Positions 51,993-63,019 of a stretch of 64,000 nt of DNA are shown piece by piece (within the stretch, counting starts at the first letter, position 1; each line of letters begins with the position of its first letter). Source of the stretch: Isurus oxyrinchus (Eukaryota); NCBI GenBank assembly GCA_026770705.1, contig JANJGN010000152.1:248001-312000 (forward strand). The letters run 5' to 3'. The position numbers and the translations under genes were made by a program. Under the pieces are notes generated by a model that saw only the letters and a list, made by a program, of their open reading frames with translations, was not told the DNA's origin and searched no databases.

Positions 51993-53694
51993 AAGGGTAA
52001 AGAGGCAGAAAAATCACACAAACACACATGTTTTTCTATTTCAAAATGTATCCTCTCTCTGAGTCCTCTCTGCTAGTCCGTCTGTAATTCTTTCTATCCA
52101 TCCATCCATCCATCACAATATTATGATGTGTTGGAGAGATCCTCAATGAGCTATTGATGCCAACAGGGTGTCAGAGAAGCTGGATAACTTTTCTTTCCTG
52201 GGAGATTGGAACAGTTCACATAGGTTCACAGCTTAGAAAAATGAAACTGACTCCAGTGTTGTTGCTCGGTAGATTTGTCATAAATAAGCCTTGTTGACAA
52301 TGTTAAGGGTTTGAAGTTGGCATGCAGCCAAGCGGTCAGTACTGAGGAAACAGATCTTTCATTTACTGCACAAACCGGCAGAGGCTTCCTGTAAATAACT
52401 TTGGGCATTCGAGCCTCCCTGACTGCAGCCGGCTGGCTTGCTGCCAAATACTCTGTGGGGCAGATTAGCCTGGATATGAATGAACAAAATGGGATTCAGC
52501 AATTCAAACAATATTGCTTTCAGTCATACATGGAATACACATTTTAAATGGCATTTTATCCAGCGAAATATTTTAATGAGTGCCGTGTTCACTGAGGTTA
52601 AACACGATCAGAAAATATTAAATTGACCATTTACCAGTTAATTTATATTATTTCTAAGTAAAGGGCATCCCAGTTATTAAAGCCTGTTTATTAAGAACTT
52701 CATGAAGTGCGAGAGAGCAATATTGATGGTCCCAATGTCCCAGTCCAATGAAATGAGTGCAATGGCAAAACTTAAAAGAAATTAAATTGAATGAAATTTG
52801 TTGAATTGCCTTAATTCCGCAGGAATTCCTTGAATATCTCCGAGTTGTGCACCTCATTTAACCTGAGGCGCCTCTTATTCCTGATTAGCGCCGTGTACTG
52901 TACAGTTTAATTTGTGCTGATTTCGATTATTTAACAGTCCCTCTCATAGCTGCCAATAAGTGGAGAAATGATCAGTTCATGACCCGCTTCAGTGGAAGAT
53001 AAAACATTTATTCTTGTGCTATTGTGTAATATGCCCCAAAGTCCTGATATCCTGTGTTCCCAATACCAGTGAATGGTAGATAGCCGGTGGCCAATAGAAT
53101 TAGCTGCAATGATTTGGATGATGAAGGATAACTTTACTGATCTCCGTGTCCGTTCTGATTCATTAACTTCTCTGTCAAAAGTTGATGTAAAATTTTACGT
53201 TTCTCTGTCAATTTACTGTTTAGTTATCAGGCCGGTGGTCTTCTTTTTCCGCTAATTTCCACAGGGCTGTCTTCGGGTCAGGAGCAATTCGAGAAATGCA
53301 AGGAGGGACATTGTATAATGTGAGGAGTTTCTTCTTATCTCTGGACCCAAACTGTATGGCCATAGCCACCCATTTTGTAAATAATATCACTTTGTTCATC
53401 GCCCGCATTTAATTACATAAATCAATAATAATTCCAATGACTAATGATACTTTATTGCTGTAATGAGATAGAGACCCGGAGTTGCTGCAAAACAGACTGA
53501 CAGCCCCTTTATTCCCTGTTAATGTAACTTATTTTTTTTAGATTCAACCCGCTGTGAAGTAGTGCAGAAATAACTGGACTTAATTTACATTTGAATTAAT
53601 CATTTTTATGAACTATATCCCGATACAGATAAAATGCCCACTTTTAACAATAACCTATTGTAAATATCTGAGTCCATTCTGTTGGGGATGTGTA

Positions 53695-53785
53695 AGATGG
53701 GGCGTGGATCCTGTCGCCGCCTCTACCAGGGAATCAACAGGCGGCGCCTGGAATCCCGCCCCCTTCTGCCGGGTATTTAAATGCC
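53695..53785 (+). promoter_or_regulatory. IgH VH promoter: GC boxes and TATA (TATTTAAA 53774-53781), no octamer seen
   Basis: ggggcgtgg and cccgcccc upstream of a TATA about 95 bp before the ATG. Confidence 0.6.
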
Positions 53786-53872
53786 GCTCACTGGGACCGG
53801 AATCCAACAGTCCGGGAGCTGGTTTGTTCACTGAGTTCTGGACAGAACCATTTTCCCCAGATGACCAGAAGG

Positions 53873-54350
53873 ATGAGGCCGGCGATTTCTCTCAGTTTGT
53901 TGCTGACTTTCTTATCCCGTGAGTAGTTTTTATTGTCCAAGTCTCTCACTGTTACTGTCTGTGTTAGTCTCTCTCTAGAATGTTACAGAGTCAAGAATCA
54001 TTTCAACAGGGTTAATCTTCGGGGTTTTTGATATATTTTTACAGGTGTCCAGTCGGATGTTGTGTTGACTCAGCCAGAGGCAGAGACCGGGCGTCCCGGA
54101 GGCACCCTGAGACTGACCTGTAAAACCAGCGGCTTCGATCTTGACAGCTCCTACATGAACTGGGTCCGACAGGTTCCCGGACAAGGGCTGGAATGGCTGG
54201 TTTACTACGGTGATTCATCGGACAACAGCTATGCCCCAGCAATTAAGAATCGATTTACGGCGTCCAAAGACACTTCAAGGAGCATCTTCTCCTTGGACAT
54301 GACGAACTTGAAGATTGAAGACACCGCCATCTATTACTGTGCCAGAGAGT
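53873..54350 (+). CDS. IGHV: IgM-type heavy-chain V gene: leader exon 53873-53918 plus V exon 54045-54350, open
   Basis: [71 protein letters not shown]...RFTASKDTS...[10 protein letters not shown]; GT/AG phase-1 intron; elasmobranch IgM VH hallmarks. Confidence 0.97.
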
Positions 54351-54389
54351 CACAGCGAAAGGAACCAGGGCTGGACCCGAACAAGAACA
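54351..54389 (+). promoter_or_regulatory. VH 23-RSS (CACAGCG-23-ACAAGAACA)
   Basis: Spacer counted. Confidence 0.95.
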
Positions 54390-54755
54390 GATCGAGAGGG
54401 ACTCAACAACTTCCATCGTAATCTGACGGTCAGTACTTGTTTTAAATGTATTATTAACTGTAATGATCAGACCCAGACAACAAGCCACTTGTGACAAAAG
54501 TAAAACAGCAAATTTAACAGGAAACCTAACAAACCAATCGATATAATGGGCTGAGCTTTTCGCTGTGTTTATATTTACTGATAAGTTTCCGCAATTACAG
54601 ACCTGGATATAATACCCATTTTAACCTGCCTGACACTTGGAGGAGGGTCTCTATTCATTGAGTTTTGTAAATTGCTGCATGAATTCTAAACCGGATCAGA
54701 AGTAAACGACTATTTGAAGTGAAGATTGGGATGCAGCACTGAACAGAGCAGGTGC

Positions 54756-54835
54756 AGTTTTTGTGCGTCTGTATTTCACTGTGATACTACAGTGGGTCAC
54801 AGTGCTGTGCACAGCGACATCCTCATACAAAAACC
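54756..54835 (+). other. IGHD: DH1 segment (ATACTACAGTGGGT, 54784-54797) with 5' 12-RSS and 3' 22-RSS
   Basis: AGTTTTTGT-12-CACTGTG / CACAGTG-22-ACAAAAACC. Confidence 0.96.
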
Positions 54836-55137
54836 TCAGCGAAAGAGTTTGTTCAAACTGGTGATCAATATCACAGCAGGAACGTCAAAGAAAATGAGAG
54901 TTAAGTAAAATAATGGGTAGAGGTTTGCAAAAAGGTATAAAAGTCTTCCGCTTTGTTCGTGTTGACGGACACTCTAAATCTGCACAGAGTCTTTAAAAGT
55001 ATTCCAATTGCATTTATAAATATATTCACCAGCACAGCTTGAAATATCTCACCGATTCGCTCTTAAGTGAGTCGGAATCAGGTTTTTGTGAGTGCAGTGA
55101 AATTAAATCTTTGTATTTTCAGTGAACAGTCTGCCGC

Positions 55138-55219
55138 AGTATTTGACATGGTGTGTCTCACTGTGATAACTGGGATGGCCCACAGTGTTACATTCCCTGG
55201 GCTGTGCCATACAATAACT
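55138..55219 (+). other. IGHD: DH2 segment (ATAACTGGGATGGCC, 55166-55180) with 5' 12-RSS and 3' 23-RSS
   Basis: AGTATTTGA-12-CACTGTG / CACAGTG-23-ACAATAACT. Confidence 0.94.
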
Positions 55220-55547
55220 GTCCCTGCACGAAAAAGACAGAAATCCACCATTATTTTAAATATTCATAAGTCAGGGGCAAAGTAAGTTCACGATAAATCT
55301 TCACGAAATTATATTTGCGTTGTAGTTATCTTTAGGTATTCATCAATGATCCTCATGTTTTACATTTCACAGAGTAACATATGAACATGTTCTTGTAAGC
55401 AGCAACCGATTAATGTATAATTATCACAGCTTTTCCATCTTAAACCATGTTTTTTGGGCAGCGCTGGACATAACTAATACTTCACTGTAAATATAGTTGG
55501 GTTGTAAAAGCGAGCACTGACCCAGGCAGACTCAATTAATGCTGAGG

Positions 55548-55625
55548 GGTTTTTGTATTGACAGTAACTGCTGTGGATCGCTACGGACTACTGGGGACAA
55601 GGGACCATGGTGACGGTGACTGCAG
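55548..55625 (+). other. IGHJ: JH segment (55576-55625, IATDYWGQGTMVTVTA) with 12-RSS and GTAAG donor
   Basis: GGTTTTTGT-12-TGCTGTG; WGQG motif; splice donor at 55626. Confidence 0.96.
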
Positions 55626-58600
55626 GTAAGAACCATGCACTTATTTAGTAACTGCTTTATTTGAGTCTTTGCTTTATATTTTTGTCTATTTTAATAACTG
55701 ATTCGTTTACTGAAACTTGGGTTTGCTGGATTCTGTATGGAGATATTTTACAATGTTTCATGTGTTTCTGCTGAAATTGAGTTATATAATTCGGCTGTGT
55801 CTCAACAAAAAGGGATTCAATCCCTGGCTGTGGTGATTTGGTGTTTATCTGCTGAATTTACTATGTGGCCGGGTTATGTGAAGTATCTAACATTTGTGAA
55901 AACAGTTTGACGTTCCTGCAATGTTTAATCTCGGTGACATATAATGGCTGCGGGTTTTACCATCTGTTGCACAAAGGTTTAAATATGTTTGAAATCAAAC
56001 CCAATATCAGTAACATATGCTTAAGTTTCAATGTTAATTTATTGAACATGTTCCGCCTACTCACAATGCTGTTGACATTATTCCATATTTCTCTTTAGTT
56101 TAATTATTCATTAATTTGGTGACGAGCGGGTTGTCTGGTTTTGATATTGAGATTTTCTTGCAATGTTACATTGGATTCTGTTGGAATAGTTTGTGGAATT
56201 GAGCTGCTTCTCCATGAAACGGGTTTCAGTCCCTCAGTGATGTGTTTTGGTGTTTTTCTCCTGATGAGATTGTGTGTCTGGGTGACTTTGAACAAGTAGA
56301 ATTTGTGGAACAGTTTGGCGGTTCTGCATTGTTTCTGCTTTGTTTAAACTCGGTGATATTGAGCGGTTACACGTTTTGTGATTGAAAGGAAACAGTCTAC
56401 GCGTTTGTTTCTGCTTGAAGCGCCATTGTCAGCAGAAAACGGGCAGAATTCAGAAATGGGGGAAAAGTGTTTAAAGATGCGTTAGAGCATTTTGTTTTTA
56501 TTTTAAGTCATAACTGCAGATTAAACTAAACCATGGATTAAGATGCTCAATCAGAACATAATTCGTTACTGCAATAAGAAACTATATAATTAACAAGTTT
56601 TCAAATTGTAGAGTAAAATTAATATAATTCAAGCAATTATAATGTGGTAATATTTCTCCATATTGACTGAACAGCTTTCATGTTAACCTAATTGATCATT
56701 AATCGCCTTTCACAATTCTGCTGTGCACTGCGCACTATTAACTTGATCGGGAAAATTTTTAGGGTGGAATCATTTTGTGATTATGTATGAAAACATTTCA
56801 ATGAGAGTATACTGATTCTACAGAATTGTTCACTTCCACAAGAGATTTTGAATTCTTTAAATCCCTGATAACGTTTGTATTGATTTAAAAACGAGTTTGA
56901 CATTGCAGGTTGGCAATATGTCTATCCGGTTATTACATTCTTTCTGTGCAGCCGTAACCATATTATTCCTTCAATGTCATTGGGATTGGATAGCGAGATA
57001 ATTGTCACTAATCTAATCGTAAACAGTTTTCTGGGGGGTGGAATTCGCTGGCAGTCAAGGAATTGTTCTTATTTTTTTTGAACTGCAGGAAGGTGCAAAC
57101 TGCGTATGAATAGAGATTGACAAGGAAACGCTTGAAATTCGAACAGATTAATTTAATTGCAAACATTAATGTTAGTTTTGAACTTAATAACAACATTCTG
57201 TCTCCCATTGCTGTACTGTGCACAGGACAGAATTATAGGAGAAGAACAGATTATATCTGAAATTCATGCTTAATACTTATTAACTATTAAATTGAAGAGC
57301 AAAATCTCTAATCGTTTTGCTGGTTATATTTCAGTGGCGCAGGTGATCTGAATAATTTTTTCTCATCAAATTGTATACTGATTAATTTGGATCGTCTTTC
57401 AATGAACAATATATTTAACAATTAAATTATAGTGATTTTATCAAGGAAGCACTTTTATTGATAATAAGTAACTGCGAGGAACATTTTTTTACATGTAATT
57501 TTGAGTTAAGACAAGTTTGCTTTAGCAAACAAATGATGTTACAGTTCGTAGACACTTGATGTGATGTTACCTCGGCCAGATTTGAAAGTATTTAAAATAT
57601 TCCACTCATAAATTCGTCTTGTGAATTACTCGATGAGAATAGATGGAATTTATGATTTCTCAATGCGTTCAGAAACACGCATAGTTTACAATTTTGTATG
57701 TTAAAACAGAGCAGTGGAAGTAAAAGTAAAATAGTAAATAGTGATTAAATTTAAGTAAAATTGATATTCTTGCCTGAAGGTTACCATCTCGTAATTTGAA
57801 GTTTATTGTTTAACATTGTTTCAGTGTCAAGTTGATTTAAATAAACCCCAATTATTTCACAAAGTACCAGGGAGAAACAAATTTTCAATTTTTGAAAACC
57901 ATATTTTTCATATTGTAGAGTAGAAATCAATTAACAAGGAAATAAATTGACAATAACAAAATAATTAACTTACAATATAATATTAGTGATAATTAATTCA
58001 ACATAAATGAACTCCAACAGTTAAATAGTATACTGTTCATTATTGTGAATGCAAATTCTCAGTGGAGAGAATTTTTAATTTTATCCAAAATGAATTTAGA
58101 AAAGAATATTTTTCTTATTCAGCTGTGCTCTGATCGATAAGGTGTTTCATCTCGATGATTTTATTGGTTATATTTATCCCTAAAATCAAATCAAATCAGC
58201 AGGTAGTTGGTTTCAATGTGAATGTTTTCTGATTTGTTTAATTCTTACCCTGTCATTGATTCTCTGTTACGGACACCAAATTACCCTGAATCTGTAATAT
58301 TTGCTGTGCTCACTTTCAGGGTAACTTAAATCTTACATTGTTTGGAGATTGGAGATTGACAGGGAGAATTAGTTGGACTTCAAAGGGAGTTTTGAAATGA
58401 AAATCAGATTAATTTCAAAGAAGTTATGGAATAATTGGAGTAAATTGACCATTGATTAATTAGAATCAAACAGCTTGAATGAAATAGACAGATTGAACAG
58501 ATCTATCTGCTGGGAACTCGCTTGTTGCACCATTTGTGTCTGTTCTGTTTCTGTGCGTGTGGTCACTGTGCTGGGACCAGAAATCTTCTTGACTGGTTGT

Positions 58601-58939
58601 TAACCTTCTGGTTCGCTCTCCTGTATTTCAGGAAGTGCAATTTCATTTATTTATTCAAAAAATTGTATCTGTGAGAAATGTGAAGGTTTGATTTTCTGAC
58701 CAGGCCCCTCAGAAATGAGATACCCAATCCATTGTAACAGTCAGAAAGGACAATTCAGAAATGACAGACAGACTGTCGAAGGAGGTTTGGTCAATTTTAA
58801 ACCAGTGATGTAGCTGTCTTTGGAGTGTTTGGTTAGGCAATGCAGAGAGAGCTTTATTCTATTTTAATCAGTGCTGTAGCAGTCCTTGACCTATTTGGTT
58901 GGACAGTGTGGATGAAGAAATTAGCCTGTATCTTATTTT

Positions 58940-59525
58940 TAATCCTATCATAGGATGTTGGGGACGCTGGCAAGGCCAGCATTTGTTGCTCATCCCTAAT
59001 TACCCCTTGCGGAACTGTTGATATGCCGCTTCCTAGAATAAGAATAACTCCCTGTGTACTCAGTGCTGATCAGTAGGGAGTTCCGGGATTTTGACCCATT
59101 GACAGTGAAGGAACGACGATATAATTCCAAGTCAGGATGGTGGGTGCTTTGGAGGGGGACGTACAGAGGGTGGTGTTCCCCAGCACCTGCTGCCCTTGTC
59201 CTTCTAGTTAGGAGAGGTTGTGGGTTTTGAAGGTGCTATCGAAGGAGTCTTGGCGAGTTGCTACAGTCCATCCTGTATATGGTACATACTGCTGTCACTG
59301 TGCGTCAGTGGAGGAGGGAGTGAATGTTTTAGGTAGCGGATGGGGTGCCAATTCTGTAGGCTGCTTTGTCCTGGATAATATCGAGTTTCTTGGGGTTTTT
59401 TGATGTTTCACTCATTGAGGCAATGTGCCTTGGAGATGGTGAGTTGTCTTTGGGTGATAGGAGTTGAATTACTCGCCACAGAATTCCCAGCCTCTGACCG
59501 ACTTTTGCAGCTGCAGCATTTATAT
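58940..59525 (-). mobile_element. LINE 3' part, same family as 20690-23130
   Basis: Reverse complement of 22700-23120-type sequence plus the shared tail. Confidence 0.8.
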
Positions 59526-60254
59526 TAAAAGTGGATTGAACCTTCTCCTGGGCATATTTGATGCGACAATGTAGAGGGAGTTTTATATCAAACCAGTGCT
59601 GTACCTGACCCGGAGTGTTTGCCAGTTTAGTGGAGAGATGGCTTTCTGTTGAATTCCACCCTTGCAGCTGATGGCAGGATTGTACTGGGGAGGAGTGGGG
59701 GCTTTAACTCATATCTTAACTTGTCCTGTCCCTGACCTGAGAGCCTTCTCACAGCAGAGATCAGCATCGAACTAACTAGCTGTGAGTCCTCCAGCCAGAT
59801 CTGTGAAAATAAATTGTTCCATTGCTCGGGTGAAATTACGCACATTAATTGTTTTAGCAATATTTTTGAAGAGAACATACATATATTTTAATGAATTAAT
59901 TATGTTTCACATTTTGAGTATCAGAAAATCATTGAATGTGAGTGACCTGAACTTGAACACAATTTCAGAGCAAACAGAATCAGGGAGTGACAGTGAGGCT
60001 CCAGAGAGCAGCGCCTGTTCTGATCTGATCAGAGGCTGCAAGCTTTTTAAATGATTGAAATGGACAATGACCAGCCTCCTGCTCCAAATAGTCAGCCACG
60101 AGGGATTTGGGGAAATGGAGCTGCCATCAAAAACTGAGCCATTGGATTGCCGCCTGCAGGGGGAGGAATGAATGACAGAAATGAGAGCATGAGGAGGACA
60201 TTCGGCCTTTTGATCCTTCCCTGCGTTCATTCAGATCATGGCTGATCTACCTCG

Positions 60255-61420
60255 ACACACTCAGTCTCTTTACCACACACCTCACTCGCTCACTCTCTCT
60301 GTCACGCACGCTTTCTCTCACACACGTGCACTCTCTCTCACATGCACTCTCTCTGACAGACACACACTCTCTATTTCTCCCTCTATCACACACATGCACC
60401 ACACACACACACACGCACACAAATATTCTTTCTTTCACACACAAACTCTCTTTAACATGCACACACTGTCTCTCACGCATTTCCTCTCTTCTACTCACAC
60501 TATCAAACAGGCACTCACATTCTCTCATACACATACATTCACAACTACACACTGTCTTACACATGTGCCCACTTACTCTCTCACACACACATGCACTCAC
60601 TCTTTCTCATACATGTACTCTCCTACACACATTCTCTCTCTCACACATGCATACCCACTCTCTCTCTCACATACATGTACCCTCTCTCCCACACACAGAC
60701 ACACTCTCACCTATGCACACACACGCTCTCCATTCTCTCTCTCACACACATACAGACACATCATACACTCTCTCACATGAGCATCCTCATTGTCTCTCTC
60801 TCACGCACACACACAAACACAAACACATTCCATCTCAAACATACACACTCTGTTTCTCTCACACATGCACTGTCTCTCATTCTCTCTTTCTCTCTCCCTC
60901 TGACACACACCGTGGCTCACTCTTTCACACACTCTTTCTCTCTCTCACACACTCACACGTTCTCTCTCTCACACACACTCTCTCCCCCCACACACGCGTA
61001 CTCTCTCTCTCACACACTCTCTCTCACACACTTATACTACCTTTCACTCACACCCGTACACATATACTTCCTCTCCCTCTCTCTCTCACTGTCACACACA
61101 CAGTCGTTCTCTCTCTCACACACACACACACACAGTCGCTCTCTCTTATACACACATACTCTCTCTCCCACAACACACACTTTCTCTATCTCAGACATTC
61201 TTACAAGTATGCTCCCTATGACACACACATACATACACTCTCCCTCTTTCTCACACAGACACTTTCTCTCTCTCACACACACACAGTGGCTCTCTCACAC
61301 ACACACATACACACACACACGCGTGCACTCTCTCACTCTCTCTCTCTCCCTCTCTCACACTCACTCTCTCACACACACACACTCTCTCTCACACACTTTT
61401 TTTTCTCTCTCTCTCTCACA
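60255..61420. repeat. CA/CT-rich low-complexity tract
   Basis: Direct reading. Confidence 0.95.
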
Positions 61421-61422
61421 AA

Positions 61423-61795
61423 CCTATAAAATCCTTACAGGACTAGACAGGTAGATGCAGGAAGGATGTTGCCAATGGTGGGGGAGTCCAGAACCAGAGT
61501 TCACAGTCTGAGGATATGGGGTAGACCATTTAGGACTGAGATGAGGAGACATTTCTTCACCCAGACAGTGGTGAGACTGTGAAATTCCTTACCACAGAAA
61601 GTAGTTGAGACCAAAACATTGTATGTTTTCAAGAGTGAGTTAGATAAAGAACTTGGGGCAAAAGGAATCAAAGGGTATGGGGAGAAAGCGGGAGCAGGTT
61701 ATTGAGTTGGATGATCAGCCATGATCATAGTGAATGGCTGAGCAACTCGAAGGCCCGAATGGCCTACTCCTGTTCCTAGTTTCTATGTTTCTATA
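61423..61795 (+). mobile_element. CR1 3' fragment
   Basis: ggggagtccagaaccag...gagatgaggagacatttcttcacccag...ggcccgaatggcctactcctgttcc(tttctatg)n. Confidence 0.9.
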
Positions 61796-62257
61796 TAAAT
61801 ACACATTCAATTGCATGTACACTCTCTCTCACGCACACATACACACATTCTCACACACAGATGTGGGCTGAAAAGATTCATTGCAGAATAAAAATCCGCT
61901 AAGCTGCAGGCATGTTCATTGTTCTATTTCTGATGTATTTTTGTGTAAAATGAAATTACACAAGTGGCATCACTATATATGTGGAGAATTTCCAAGTGTG
62001 GAACCAAACGCAAAGAAACAAGAGAAAGGGAGGGTGTGGCAGAGACCACGGCCGCCTGGATCCCCATCACTGGTGCACACTTGGTGCAATATGTCTGCAC
62101 GGCCCATCCTGGTTTTGCTGTAACCTTCCCCTCCAGCCCCCTCAGTCTGCCTATTCGCACACTGACACGGGTTTCTCAAAGAAAGGCATCGGCATTAAAG
62201 CAGCTGGCCAGTGATCTACACTGCTGCCTGACTTTACACAGCCAGTGTTATGGAAAG

Positions 62258-62422
62258 ATGGAGAATCAGGACAGGATCTTTGGGGAGGAAGAGGAGGAAG
62301 TGTAGGTGGTGGAGCTGAATGGCGGAGCCCCCAGCTCAGCTGTGGGCAACAGGCAACGGAAAGCTGAGCCAAAGTGGAAAATCATCTGGAGAAACATCGC
62401 CTTGATGAGCCTGCAGCACCTG
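62258..62422 (+). pseudogene. Stearoyl-CoA desaturase (SCD/SCD5-like) N-terminal fragment
   Basis: MENQDRIFGEEEEEV*VVELNGG...PKWKIIWRNIALMSLQHL matches the SCD motif VWRN(I/V)(I/V)LMSLLHL; in-frame stop at 62303; cut off by a simple repeat. Confidence 0.75.
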
Positions 62423-62424
62423 CG

Positions 62425-62885
62425 CACCCTCACTACCCACAATAACTCACCCTCACTCACTCACCCTCACTCACTCACCCTCGCTCACTCACCCAACTTC
62501 ATTCATCCTCATTCACTCACCATCAATTGCTCATTCACCCGCACTCACTCACCCAGCCTCATTCACACTCATTCACCCACCCTCAGTCACCCACCCTTAT
62601 TGATCCACCCTCAATTATCCTCACTCAAACTCACTCACCCACCCATCGTCGCTCACCTACATTCACTTACACTCAATAACTCATCCACCCACCCTCACAC
62701 ACCCACTCACCCTCACTCATATCCCCACCCTCACATAACCACCAACCCTCACTCACCCACATTCAGAAACCCACCCACGCTCACTCACCACCAACCCTCA
62801 CTCATTCCTTCATTCATCCACGCACCCCCGCTCTGTCATTCAGTCATCCTCACCCTGTCAATCAGGCACACGCTCACTCACACGA
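62425..62885. repeat. (CACT/CACC)n low-complexity tract
   Basis: Direct reading. Confidence 0.9.
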
Positions 62886-63019
62886 TCACTTTTCCTAAAT
62901 CGGTGTATGGGAAGGCGAGAACTGCGGGGAAGAGAGACCTGGAAGTGAGGACTGAGGCCTAGCAATTCCAGAAAGTGGAGCATGGCCCAAGGGAGCATCG
63001 AGCGTCGGTGGAAAATGCA

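Noticed and set aside
54810-54835. Second heptamer CACAGCG inside the D1 3' spacer (dual 12/23 RSS?)
   Set aside because: Only 10 nt from the nonamer, outside 12+/-1.
55448-55489. Possible extra RSS or third D (TGTTTTTTG...CACTGTA)
   Set aside because: 26-nt spacing, heptamer lacks terminal GTG, no partner RSS.
58500-58640. Intronic enhancer (E-box, TGTGGT, GGAAG cluster)
   Set aside because: Short motifs only; no conservation evidence available.
60238-61454. Long His/Thr/Leu/Ser-rich ORFs (up to 367 aa)
   Set aside because: Translation of CA/CT simple repeats.
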